DNA of 30,339 nucleotides from Pseudomonadota bacterium (GCA_037142195.1 JBAXBA010000039.1:1-30339), one strand, 5' to 3'. Positions 16,513 through 26,104 are shown, counted from the stretch's first letter. Numbers and translations: made by a program. The notes: generated by a model from the letters alone, not told the origin.

Positions 16513-17523
16513 TTAGTTACCGAAGTTACCGTAGTTGCCGTAGTTGTTACCGTAGTTACCGTAGTTACCGTAGTTGTTACCATTGTTACCGTAATTTCCC
16601 TGATTGCAGTATCCGTATCCACCGCAAGAAGGGCGTGGATAGTAGAAGTAGCAATGAGATCCTGTGTAGTACTGGTATGGTTGAACATAGTAAGACCAAT
16701 ACATGTTAGCGTAGATATTACTTCTGTAAACAGGTCGGAAGTTACCATAATAGTAGTTGTTTTGAACATTTTGCTGATTGTACTGATAGTAGCTTGAATC
16801 AAATCCTGAATTAAATTGGGGATAGAACATGCTGCCATCGTTGCCAATCGCATAAGAATACTTACCTTTTCCAGCACTCTGAGTAGGATACTGCCCTGGA
16901 GCTTGGCCTACTTTACCAGAATACTGTCCTGGGTATTGACCTGGAGCCTGGCCTACTTTACCAGAATACTGTCCTGGGTACTGTCCTACTTTGCCGTCTT
17001 TTGTAGGATACTGACCAGGATATTGTCCTGGGTACTGTGCTACTTTGCCGTCTTTTGTAGGATATTGTCCTGGGTATTGCCCTGGAGCTTGGCCTACTTT
17101 GCCGTCTTTTGTAGGATACTGTCCTGGGTATTGTCCTGGAGCTTGGCCTACTTTGCCGTCTTTTCCAGGAATCTGTCCTACATTTCCACCCAAATTGAGG
17201 TAGTTAATGTTGCTGAAGTTTTGATCGCCGCCATTCATGTAGGCTGGATTGATTGGCAATTGCGCAAAGCTATTTTGCAATTCACTTACATTGGATTCGG
17301 AAATTTCTTGTCCATTATAGTTTCTTACTTCCACACCGGAAGTCGCCATCGTCCCGTTTGCGTCAACGGGTACTCGAACTACCATTCCCTGGGGAAGGCT
17401 TTGATACTCAGACGCAAGTTGAGCTTGGTCAAGTGCTGGAGCATTTTCTGATTTGTCTGATTTTTGGCTACCACAAGCCACCATCGTGAAAACTAGAGCC
17501 GTCGAATACATTTGCTTTTTCAT
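16513..17523 (-). CDS. Lipoprotein with GQYP/KDGKV repeats and a Tyr/Asn/Gly-rich low-complexity C-terminus
   Basis: AGGAGG RBS, lipobox MVAC, coherent repeats carrying synonymous codon variation, own promoter and terminator. Confidence 0.85.
   Translation of the reverse strand: MKKQMYSTALVFTMVACGSQKSDKSENAPALDQAQLASEYQSLPQGMVVRVPVDANGTMATSGVEVRNYNGQEISESNVSELQNSFAQLPINPAYMNGGDQNFSNINYLNLGGNVGQIPGKDGKVGQAPGQYPGQYPTKDGKVGQAPGQYPGQYPTKDGKVAQYPGQYPGQYPTKDGKVGQYPGQYSGKVGQAPGQYPGQYSGKVGQAPGQYPTQSAGKGKYSYAIGNDGSMFYPQFNSGFDSSYYQYNQQNVQNNYYYGNFRPVYRSNIYANMYWSYYVQPYQYYTGSHCYFYYPRPSCGGYGYCNQGNYGNNGNNYGNYGNYGNNYGNYGNFGN
16870..17180 (-). repeat. Intragenic tandem repeats (three 54-nt units plus shorter variants)
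   Basis: Encodes (GQAPGQYPGQYPTKDGKV)-type units. A second 9-nt repeat (GTTACCGTA, encoding NYG) lies at about 16516-16595. Confidence 0.9.
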
Positions 17524-17670
17524 GTTTGAATCCTCCTAAGTCATGAAAATTTCTCAAACCATGACCGATCTGGTCCTGGCTACTCTTTAAACTTTGAGAA
17601 CTTCAACAACAGCAAGGGGAATCAACAGAGAAAGGGGAGCACCGGCAGAGCCAGTTCTTAGAGCACTCGC

Positions 17671-17700
17671 TTTATAGTCAGGGTTGACTTTAAGAGTCAA
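17671..17700 (-). promoter_or_regulatory. Sigma70-like promoter with an overlapping palindromic operator
   Basis: Minus strand TTGACT-N18-TATAAA; inverted repeat TTGACT-N5-AGTCAA at 17684-17700. Confidence 0.6.
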
Positions 17701-17834
17701 GCTTAGGTTTACTTTTTTTTATTTCCCCTAATAAGACATTGTTTTCAGTGTGTTGCAGCTCACAAAAAAGCACCTCCTAAGGGGAGGTGCGTCTCATTGG
17801 CGTAGGCAAATTGATAAAACGTTCTAAGATCAAT

Positions 17835-18563
17835 TCAAAATCCTTCACAAGCTCGTTTACCGTCAAAAACGGGAGCGTTTTGATCGAGCCACATAAAGAT
17901 TTGGTCGGAACTTCCGGAGCTGTAGGTTGGCCACGTGAAAATCTCGTCAACGTGGAAATTAAGTCCAAAATTTGAATACCAAAGGGTTTGTTCGACATTT
18001 TGGTCATCTAGATAATCCACCCACCAGCTAAATTCTGAAATCTTTCCCGAATAATCGTCATCCACAACGCAATCGAGGCAATAGGAATTTCCCCAGCTAA
18101 AAGGAGTTTGAATTACATAACGCCCTGAAGCGGGATCAAAGCCATGTTCTTCGGCAACTTCAGGTGGATTTGACAGAGAGGTAGATTCCAATATTTTGCC
18201 ATCTGCCCATTTCGACCACTGCCCCACTCTAAGAACCTGCTCCTTCGGTATGTGGATAGTCAATTCCGTGCGAAGCGAATTCACCGTATAGCGATTCAGA
18301 TCAAATTTCGTTTTGATTTTTGCCATTCCATCCACATAAAACAAACAGCTCGAATTGTTTTCTAACAAGGAAGCTACGGAGCGCTTTTTGTTTAATGTCT
18401 CAACCGCTGCACTCGTTGGTCCCAAACTTTGGTGACCCACTGCCCAAGCGGATGGAGTAATCCCCAAGGTGCAAATAACCAAAGTATTCACGAGTAAAAG
18501 ATGGCCAATTAATAAATAAAGAGACTTTATATTACTCTTTAATCCCATGACGTTGCTTTTCAT
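17835..18563 (-). CDS. Hypothetical secreted protein
   Basis: GAGGAGG RBS before ATG 18563; hydrophobic signal ending AWA; aromatic-rich C-terminal motif WYSNFGLNF. Confidence 0.7.
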   Translation of the reverse strand: MKSNVMGLKSNIKSLYLLIGHLLLVNTLVICTLGITPSAWAVGHQSLGPTSAAVETLNKKRSVASLLENNSSCLFYVDGMAKIKTKFDLNRYTVNSLRTELTIHIPKEQVLRVGQWSKWADGKILESTSLSNPPEVAEEHGFDPASGRYVIQTPFSWGNSYCLDCVVDDDYSGKISEFSWWVDYLDDQNVEQTLWYSNFGLNFHVDEIFTWPTYSSGSSDQIFMWLDQNAPVFDGKRACEGF

Positions 18564-18749
18564 GATAAACCTCCTCAGTTTCTCGGCGATTATTGACCAA
18601 AGTAGGTCTGAATTCAACTTGATTATTTCCGCCTGCTGACTTCAAAATGAGCTGGTTTTGAACTGTTTTTTTCCTAGAAACCTCGCTAAGAAGTTGCAGT
18701 CTTTCGGGAGGTATGTAAGATACATTGCTACCGAAAATAAGGATCCCGT

Positions 18750-20510
18750 ATGAGCTTTGCTCTGGTCATTTCGCGCCTGACTAGCCTGAAAAAAGTACAC
18801 CCTAAGCCAAGGCTTCCGGGGTATCGCCTTTTTTTTGCACAGTTCAAACAAAATTGGCTCCTTTATTTTGGCGGCGCGTTGGGGATTTGCATCACTAACT
18901 CTACAGAGCTTGCTTTCCCTAAGTTTATGCAGTGGGGCATTGATACGGTCCTAACCGGCTCCAGCTCAAGAGTCCCGGAACTTCTTAAGGGACAGAGCCC
19001 TGAACAAACACTCGTCAAGCTTTCCATGGGCCTGTTTTTCGTAGCTCTCGTTGGAATTTTTAGCCGTGGCTTATGGCGCCAATGTTTAGCCAGGCGCTCC
19101 CACTGGTCTGGCTATTGGCTCAGAAAAAATCTATGGGATAGTGTCTGTGATCAGCCCTTAAGTCTGTTTTCCAAATACCCCATAGGCGATCTCATCAATC
19201 GTTGCATTAGCGATATTAACCCCGCTCGTTTCGTTTTGGGATTTACGCAAGTGGCGACTTGGGACATCGTATTCTATGCATTCCTTGGAACTTTTTCCTT
19301 GTTTTTGATTGATAAGTGGATTGCTGTCTCTGCTATAACTATATTTTTAGCCCTGCCTTTTTTGATAAAGAATTTAGTAAAAAAAGAATTCGCATTACAC
19401 GATGATGCTCAATCCCAACTTAGCCAGTTGTCTGACCGCATCACGCAGATGGTGGCTACAGTTCGGCTTCAAAGGGCTTCGGCTATGGAAGATGCTTGGG
19501 TGCAGCTGCTCACAGAAGATGCCAAGCTCTACGCTGATAAAAGACTGGAAGTAGAAAAGCTAGCGTGGAAGACCTTTCCCTACGGTGGCGGGGCTACATT
19601 TCTATGTTATATTGTCATTTTTGCAATAGGACTCCCCAAAGTCGCCGACGGATCTATGACTGTGGGTCAGTTGGTGAGCTCTCTATCCTTAGTGCTGCTT
19701 CTTCAGGGTCCGCTGTTTGGTCTTTCTGAAATCATTGCAGAATGGCAAAAGGGCCTCGCTTCTCTGAATCGCATTGCGGAAATCCTCGAACTTAAAGGTC
19801 AGGAATTGTCCACGCTGAACCCCATGCTAACACCCTCAAGTATTATCGTAAAGGATTTGAATTTTAGCTATGGACCGGATCGTGCGCCGCTCTTGAGTAG
19901 ATTCCATCTGTCTCTTTTACCCGGAAAGTCTTTGGGAATATGCGGTGAAATTGGCTCTGGGAAGTCGACTCTCCTGAGTCTCTTATGCGGGCTTGAGCCT
20001 AGTCGGCCTGGAAGTATAAGAGTTTTTGGAAAAGACATCATGAGCACACCTCGTCACGAGATTACCCAGCTTATAAACTTGGTTCCACAAAAGCCTTTTC
20101 TTTTCGCCGGGAGCATTCGCGACAATTTGTCTTTAGATGCGACCTTTAGTTCTGATGAGCTGTGGGCCATATTGGATGAAATGTGTCTTGGAAGTGACTT
20201 TAGAGCTTTAGCTTTGGGTCTTGATACGCCCGTTGGCGAATGGGGTATCAGTCTTTCTGGCGGTCAGCGCCAAAGGATGGCCTTAGCACGCGCGCTTCTA
20301 AGACCCAAACCCATCCTCCTTCTCGATGACTGCTTGTCTGCCGTCGATTCTATCACCGAAGAGAAAATTGTTTTGGCTATTAAGCAAAGAATTCAAGGTG
20401 TCTCGGTCATTTGGGTAGCCCATAGGCCTTCCACCCTGGCTTTGTGTGACGAGGTTTTTGAGCTAAAAAATGGGGTTTTAACCGCAAGAGAGGTTTCCAT
20501 TCATGGATGA
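18750..20510 (+). CDS. ABC exporter, fused permease/ATPase (MdlA/YheI-like half)
   Basis: TM domain, Walker A GEIGSGKS, LSGGQRQR, degenerate Walker B LLLDDCLSAVD. Confidence 0.92.
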   Translation: MSFALVISRLTSLKKVHPKPRLPGYRLFFAQFKQNWLLYFGGALGICITNSTELAFPKFMQWGIDTVLTGSSSRVPELLKGQSPEQTLVKLSMGLFFVALVGIFSRGLWRQCLARRSHWSGYWLRKNLWDSVCDQPLSLFSKYPIGDLINRCISDINPARFVLGFTQVATWDIVFYAFLGTFSLFLIDKWIAVSAITIFLALPFLIKNLVKKEFALHDDAQSQLSQLSDRITQMVATVRLQRASAMEDAWVQLLTEDAKLYADKRLEVEKLAWKTFPYGGGATFLCYIVIFAIGLPKVADGSMTVGQLVSSLSLVLLLQGPLFGLSEIIAEWQKGLASLNRIAEILELKGQELSTLNPMLTPSSIIVKDLNFSYGPDRAPLLSRFHLSLLPGKSLGICGEIGSGKSTLLSLLCGLEPSRPGSIRVFGKDIMSTPRHEITQLINLVPQKPFLFAGSIRDNLSLDATFSSDELWAILDEMCLGSDFRALALGLDTPVGEWGISLSGGQRQRMALARALLRPKPILLLDDCLSAVDSITEEKIVLAIKQRIQGVSVIWVAHRPSTLALCDEVFELKNGVLTAREVSIHG

Positions 20511-22287
20511 CCACGATGATCAAATCGTCATAGCCAAAAATGACGTTCAAGGACTGATTAAGATATTTACTTTGGCTAGCGGCTACAATAAACCCCTTTT
20601 CTCTGCCTTGGGAGTGCTGGTCACCTCAAGTATTTTTGCAATGATAGCCGCTAATATTCTGGGCCGTTTGGCGGAAACCATCGGTAGAATGTCCCGTGGC
20701 GAGGTCGGCTTAAGCGCCGCGCTTTCCCTGGCTTTAGGACTTCTGGCTATAGAAGGATTCATTATTTTTCTGCGTTGGTATGGAGGTCTTTCCTTAGCTA
20801 AAGCGACCAATAGCCTGGTACTTGGAATCCGGCTTGGAATGTTTAAAAAGTTGTCACTACTTCCCATTTCCTACTTTGACAAACAACCATTAGGCCGGAT
20901 TATCACGCGCCTCACCGGAGATGTTGAGGGGATTGAACAACTCTTTGCCACAAGCCTCTCAAGGATTATAGACGCCTTGATTAAAATTGTTGCGGTCCTT
21001 TTTGCCATGGTGATCACTTCTCCAAAGTTTGGGCTTCTCATTGTAGCCTTCTCAATCCCCGCAGCAACTCTCAACATCTTTACGAAAAACATGATTTTGT
21101 ATTGGATGCGCGAGCAAAAAAAACGTGTGGCCAGGCTTAACTCAAAGCTTGCCGAAAACTTAAATGGGTTAGGGGTTATTAAAATTCTGGGACTGGAAAC
21201 CTGGACGAAAGAAGTCTATCACCAAAAATCCATGCATTATTGGTATTCGCAGCTAGCTATGATGAATATAAATACCGTAGTTATGCCATTTACGGTTTTC
21301 CTATGTGCGATTCCCGTCATCGGAGTTTTGTATTTCGGTGGGCATAGAGTTTTAGGGGGAACTTTGAGTGTCGCTACTTTCGTTACCTTCTTGAGGTATA
21401 CGGAGTATTTCTTAAATCCAGTTAGAACCATTTCCAGTGAGATTCAACAGATACAAAACGCTCTTTCCAGCACTGAGCGCATCCGAAACACCTTGGAATC
21501 CTCAGAAGAGCCCGTGGAACTAGGTCCCGACGGAAACTACAAAGGAAGAATCCAAGGGAAAATTGAATTTAAAAATGTATCGATGCGTTATTCCAAGGGC
21601 GATTTGGTGTTGAAAGATGTCAGTTTCTTGGTACATCCTGGACAAAAAGTAGGCTTGGTAGGGAGCACGGGCTCCGGCAAAACGACCACTGTGAGCCTTT
21701 TGTCACGGCTTTATGAGTTTGAAGCGGGACAGATTCTTATAGATGATATCAGCATCAAAGACTATCAAAGAAAGTCCTTAAGATCGCAACTAGGATACGT
21801 AACACAAGATGCCGTCATTTTTAGGGGAACTGTACGTGACAATCTTCTAGCTGCCACGAACGCCCCTCTATCTGACGGGGAGCTATTAAAAATTGCAGAA
21901 AAAACGGGGTTGGCCAAGCTGTTAGCTCGTCTTCCTAGCCAACTTGACACTCATCTCTTTGATGGGGGAAGCAATTTGTCTGCAGGGGAACGCCAACTTA
22001 TAAACTTCACGAGAATGATTATAAGAAATCCCTCTGTTATGATTTTAGATGAAGCAACCGCCCATACGGATGAAAAAACCGAAGAAGCCTTGCATCAGTC
22101 CATGCAATACGCCATGAAAGATCGAAGTTGTCTTATCATCGCACATAGACTAAGCACCATTAAAGAATGTGACTTGCTTCTTGTTTTTGATCATGGAACC
22201 TTAGTCGAGTGGGGCTCTCCTAAGAGTCTTTTGGCAAACCCAGGTCACTACTTTACTCTTGCCGCTCGGCAGTTAGATTTAACTTAG
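20503..22287 (+). CDS. ABC exporter, fused permease/ATPase (MdlB/YheH-like half)
   Basis: GSTGSGKT, degenerate signature LSAGERQL, canonical ILDEAT, IAHRLSTI; 8-nt overlap with its partner gene. Confidence 0.92.
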   Translation: MDDHDDQIVIAKNDVQGLIKIFTLASGYNKPLFSALGVLVTSSIFAMIAANILGRLAETIGRMSRGEVGLSAALSLALGLLAIEGFIIFLRWYGGLSLAKATNSLVLGIRLGMFKKLSLLPISYFDKQPLGRIITRLTGDVEGIEQLFATSLSRIIDALIKIVAVLFAMVITSPKFGLLIVAFSIPAATLNIFTKNMILYWMREQKKRVARLNSKLAENLNGLGVIKILGLETWTKEVYHQKSMHYWYSQLAMMNINTVVMPFTVFLCAIPVIGVLYFGGHRVLGGTLSVATFVTFLRYTEYFLNPVRTISSEIQQIQNALSSTERIRNTLESSEEPVELGPDGNYKGRIQGKIEFKNVSMRYSKGDLVLKDVSFLVHPGQKVGLVGSTGSGKTTTVSLLSRLYEFEAGQILIDDISIKDYQRKSLRSQLGYVTQDAVIFRGTVRDNLLAATNAPLSDGELLKIAEKTGLAKLLARLPSQLDTHLFDGGSNLSAGERQLINFTRMIIRNPSVMILDEATAHTDEKTEEALHQSMQYAMKDRSCLIIAHRLSTIKECDLLLVFDHGTLVEWGSPKSLLANPGHYFTLAARQLDLT

Positions 22288-22316
22288 AAGCACCTTCCTA
22301 GCTTTTGGTTTTGTGA

Positions 22317-23126
22317 TCAATCGTTAAGGAGCAGAAACATTAAATAGAAACTCAAACGGAGACGGCTCCAGTTACCTGGATAGTGCAGGAAAAGGGGAGT
22401 TTCTCGAGAGGGTCGCAAGTTTTGTCGAGCCTTGGCTAAGCCTGAAAAGTTGTAAACTAGGCTCAGAAGAAACTGAGCCGTTTTGGTTAAAAAAAGAATA
22501 TTGGGAGATAAACCAAAGGTAAGGGGCTTATTGTACGCCTCAAGAGTTTTATTGACCAAGAAGGGTAGCGAGCCATTGGGCAAGGAATCATGCCGATAGA
22601 AGTTCTCGATGAAAACAAAATTTTCATCGACTGCCAGAGGCGCAAATCCTACAAGTCGATCGCCACGCCACAAAAAAATACAATCATACTTCAAAGTGGG
22701 AGCCATCTGCGGCGCTTGTAAAAGGTATCCTACTAAAAACAACTTGCCCTTACGCCAAGTTTCAAAGATCCCCACCATATCTGCGTAAGGACAGCTGTCA
22801 CCACTTCTTCTTAGATCAAAACGAAGGCCTTTTTTTTGGGCACGGGAGATTTGAGAGCGGGTGCTTGAGCTCTGATTTAGGCTCCATGTAGTATCAAAGT
22901 ACGCCACACTTCCTACATAAACCGATGACTCATCGTCCCGCTGACTGGGGACTTCTGAAAACCAGAGGTGAGACCCACTTCTCGCAGAAGGTTCACAAAG
23001 TCCGATAGTCGCTCCAAAAAAACGTCTCTTCCCTTCTTGAGGGTCTTTTTGAGCCAAGGCTAATAACGTTTGCATGGGAGCCCTTAAAAGAGACTTATTC
23101 AGCTTATGAGCCCTATGGTAGGTCAT
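22317..23126 (-). CDS. Stand-alone DUF2156 / aminoacyl-phosphatidylglycerol synthase C-terminal-like domain (divergent)
   Basis: LVGFA, FYRHDSLPNGSLPFLV, FGLSP, YNFSGL...LRP....PLFL.YP resemble the MprF C-terminal motifs. Confidence 0.65.
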   Translation of the reverse strand: MTYHRAHKLNKSLLRAPMQTLLALAQKDPQEGKRRFFGATIGLCEPSARSGSHLWFSEVPSQRDDESSVYVGSVAYFDTTWSLNQSSSTRSQISRAQKKGLRFDLRRSGDSCPYADMVGIFETWRKGKLFLVGYLLQAPQMAPTLKYDCIFLWRGDRLVGFAPLAVDENFVFIENFYRHDSLPNGSLPFLVNKTLEAYNKPLTFGLSPNILFLTKTAQFLLSLVYNFSGLAKARQNLRPSRETPLFLHYPGNWSRLRLSFYLMFLLLND

Positions 23127-23347
23127 CTTTCATGAGAATTGAAAGTGCATTTTCAACGATGTTGTTTCTGTCGAATGCTTTTTCGAGGTTTTCCTTCAGC
23201 TCTTAACTTAGCACCTTTAGTTCTATTAGGAATAAAGGTTTCAGCAAGTTCTCAAAATCTGTTGCCTCATGAAAGGAGAGCTCGTAAAATGTTCCCATCG
23301 GCAAAGTTGAATTACCTATGTGTAAAATCTCTCGAAAGGGTGGAGTG

Positions 23348-24310
23348 ATGCCTTCTATTTTTAAGAACGACTTGCGCACAAAGCTGAGATCTAAAGCTCT
23401 CCTGGTCGCTCTGGCGGCTTTTTCCCCCATTTCCCCCATGGGGTGTAAATCTCCAGAAACCGCCAGCTTAACCAAAGAATCCGAAGTTACGCCTCCCAAT
23501 GGTCTTTTAACCAAATGCGACAGTAAAATGACTCTTAGCCAGTATAAAGAGCTGCTAGCGCTTTCTGATATTTCGACCTTTAAGGATTACCGAGAGGCAG
23601 CCCCACGGTCTGAAAGAGTCGCCCAAATATTCAGCGAGGCAGGCCCAGATCCGAAATTAGGAAAAGGCGATCGCCGTGGTATTTTTGCCTCCATGTATGT
23701 GGAGATCACTAAGGAATCGGTTGGATCCACGTCTCGAGGCGAGTATCAAAACAACGAAATGGCAGGGAAGCTCGTAAAGCGCTTTGCTGAGCGCTATTTT
23801 GACAGTCTTCACAGCTATCTTTTGGGACGTCCCATCGTTGATGAATGGAAGACCTATTACCAATTGGCAGAAAATTGCGACACCTCTGACCTTCGTATAC
23901 TAGGCAGTGGAGTCAATACTCATATGACTTTTGATTTACCATATGCGCTGGCCGAGATCGAATCAGCCGATGGATTTGAAAATGATTTTATAAAATTTGG
24001 CGATATCCTGATAAAAAAGAAACGCCTTAGTACGAATCTTTTAAAAAGCCAGCAAAATGTATATGCCGCCTCTTTTTTTGATTTGTTTATTTTTGGCCGA
24101 GCTATCGATGGCCTCTTGAGTCCGGGTCAAGCTGCCACAATGGGGTTTCAATTGATTCGAAAAGAGGCATGGTTCAACAGTAGAGGTCTTCTCAAGGAAA
24201 CAAGACATGCGTTTGCCCTGAACTCCATCCGATCAGCCTGGGTCAATCGACAAATAGTTCTTCGATTTATGCCTAAATCAAACCCCAATATGAAGGGCAC
24301 AGAAGAGTAA
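23348..24310 (+). CDS. DUF5995-family exported protein (possible lipoprotein)
   Basis: D.RGIFA.MY..IT, LV..FA.RY, W...Y, GVNTHMTFDLPYAL. Start uncertain (23318-23348). Confidence 0.7.
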   Translation: MPSIFKNDLRTKLRSKALLVALAAFSPISPMGCKSPETASLTKESEVTPPNGLLTKCDSKMTLSQYKELLALSDISTFKDYREAAPRSERVAQIFSEAGPDPKLGKGDRRGIFASMYVEITKESVGSTSRGEYQNNEMAGKLVKRFAERYFDSLHSYLLGRPIVDEWKTYYQLAENCDTSDLRILGSGVNTHMTFDLPYALAEIESADGFENDFIKFGDILIKKKRLSTNLLKSQQNVYAASFFDLFIFGRAIDGLLSPGQAATMGFQLIRKEAWFNSRGLLKETRHAFALNSIRSAWVNRQIVLRFMPKSNPNMKGTEE

Positions 24311-24499
24311 GCCTACCTTAGTCCTAAGCCCTTTGCGTTTAAGAAATAGAAGCTGCATTATGATTTCTTAGGTTAGGAAATGCCATCTAGGTAAATTCCA
24401 AGGATCCATAGTTCCCTAAATTGTCGCGCCACACTTTATCCATAAGCCCCAAAAGGCAAAGGGTACCGAGGTGAGACTAAATTTTACTTGCCAGCTGAT

Positions 24500-24543
24500 C
24501 GCTAGAGGAATCTTATTCTAGTTTGCATAAGATTCCTCTAGCG
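24500..24543. repeat. Perfect 17-bp inverted repeat
   Basis: CGCTAGAGGAATCTTAT-N10-ATAAGATTCCTCTAGCG. Confidence 0.9.
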
Positions 24544-24741
24544 GACCAACCTCATATCACAGGCAAACGTCTCAGCAATGTTGCCGGGCCCAACAATGCC
24601 CCCATTTGCACAAGCAGTGGTCATTTGCTAAAGCCTCAAAAGGCGCTAAATCACCTGAGGATTTTTTATTTTCATGGTACAAAGTAACCATATACTGGAA
24701 TCTGCTAAGAAATGTCTTCGTTATTTGTTAAGGGACTGACA

Positions 24742-26019
24742 ATGGAACCCACTGAGCTTTTAAACATGAAATATTTGGCAACCCTACTTTTTGCAGCTGC
24801 TGTCATTCATACTTTCGCGGCGCCGCAGTTTAACAAATGGGCAGGTCGATTTAGGCCGGGATCGATCGGCGAGAATCTTTTCCATTTTTTAGGAGAAGTG
24901 GAAGTCGTTTTTGGGATTTGGGCTACCGTTTTGATCGTGCTTTGGTCCGTGCTCCACGGCACGTCATCTGCAATCTCTTTCCTGGAATCTTTAAACTACA
25001 CAGAAGCTGTTTTTGTCTTTGTCATCATGTGCATGGCCGCAACAAAACCAGTTTTGGATTATAGTCGCAGGGCAATTCAGATCCTCAGCCATGGGATACC
25101 AGGCTCAAGGGCTACTAGTCTCTATGTCATGACTCTTATCGCAGGACCCTTGCTTGGCTCTCTCATTACCGAACCTGCAAGCATGACCCTCACGGCTATT
25201 TTACTTAAAGACACTTTTTTTGGACCACAAGTAAGCCTTAAGTTTAAATATGCCACTTTAGGGCTGCTCTTTGTTAACGTATCCATAGGCGGCACGCTGA
25301 CCCACTTTGCCGCCCCTCCGGTACTTATGGTTGCAGGTCCCTGGGGGTGGGACACTGGATTTATGTTCACCCACTTTGGGCCCAAAGTTCTTCCCGCTGT
25401 AATTCTATCGACGTTATTAACAGCCTACTTTTTTCGCCAGGAACTGGCTAAATTGGAAATCCCTAAACAGGCTTCTGAGCTCAGCTCTACACCATTTTGG
25501 GTTTTTTTAGTGCAAGCTGCATTCCTGGCAATGACCATTCTTCAGAGTCATCATATAGTTTTCATAATTCCGGTGTTTTTAATTTTTCTAGGTTGGTGCC
25601 AAGTAACCCAAGAGTTTCAGAATGAGCTCAAGATAAAAGAAAGCTTATTAGTCGCCTTCTTTCTAGGTGGTTTGGTGACCCTAGGAAAGCTTCAAGATTG
25701 GTGGCTTCAGCCCACCTTAGCAAGCTTAGAACCCAAAGCCCTATTCTTCGGAGCACTGGGCCTTACCGCCTTTACGGATAATGCAGCTTTGACGTATTTG
25801 GGAACCCTGGTTCCCACGTTAACTCCAGAAGCTAAATACTTTCTTCTAGCAGGAGCCGTTTCAGGAGGAGGCCTCACCGTCATCGCCAATGCTCCTAATC
25901 CAGCCGGCAATAGCCTGCTCAAAGGTTCGTTCGGAGAGAATGGAATTAGCCCTCTTGGTTTATTTCTTGGTGCTTTACCTTACACCATCCTCCTGGGACT
26001 CTTATTTCTTTTTCTTTAA
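24742..26019 (+). CDS. Putative Na+/H+ antiporter (DUF1504 family)
   Basis: HFLGEVEVVFG.W, LGSLITEPA.MT, LFVNVSIGGTLTHFAAPPVLMVA, TDNAALTYLG, GGGLTVIANAPNPAG; multi-TM. Confidence 0.85.
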   Translation: MEPTELLNMKYLATLLFAAAVIHTFAAPQFNKWAGRFRPGSIGENLFHFLGEVEVVFGIWATVLIVLWSVLHGTSSAISFLESLNYTEAVFVFVIMCMAATKPVLDYSRRAIQILSHGIPGSRATSLYVMTLIAGPLLGSLITEPASMTLTAILLKDTFFGPQVSLKFKYATLGLLFVNVSIGGTLTHFAAPPVLMVAGPWGWDTGFMFTHFGPKVLPAVILSTLLTAYFFRQELAKLEIPKQASELSSTPFWVFLVQAAFLAMTILQSHHIVFIIPVFLIFLGWCQVTQEFQNELKIKESLLVAFFLGGLVTLGKLQDWWLQPTLASLEPKALFFGALGLTAFTDNAALTYLGTLVPTLTPEAKYFLLAGAVSGGGLTVIANAPNPAGNSLLKGSFGENGISPLGLFLGALPYTILLGLLFLFL

Positions 26020-26104
26020 TTAGGATAAAATAGGACGCCCAGAGAAAGAAATCGAGGAATTCGACAGACGGAGCTGATTTCCAATAGTTAACAGAGAGGT
26101 ACAA

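Noticed and set aside
16479..16877. 132-aa Thr/Val-rich alternative-frame ORF
   Set aside because: It is an off-frame reading of the NYG repeats, with no initiation signal or slippery site seen.
16870..17180. Repeats as a possible CRISPR array
   Set aside because: There are no unique spacers, the units are in-frame coding repeats, and no cas genes are present.
16816..17451. 211-aa + strand ORF with RILSWVL repeats
   Set aside because: It is the antisense shadow of the repeat lipoprotein. It stays open because the repeats lack stops in that frame, and it has no RBS.
24555..24600. CACAGGCAAAC resembling the start of a c-di-GMP-I riboswitch
   Set aside because: The GNRA-capped P2 stem and the following GCAAAGC/receptor elements are missing.
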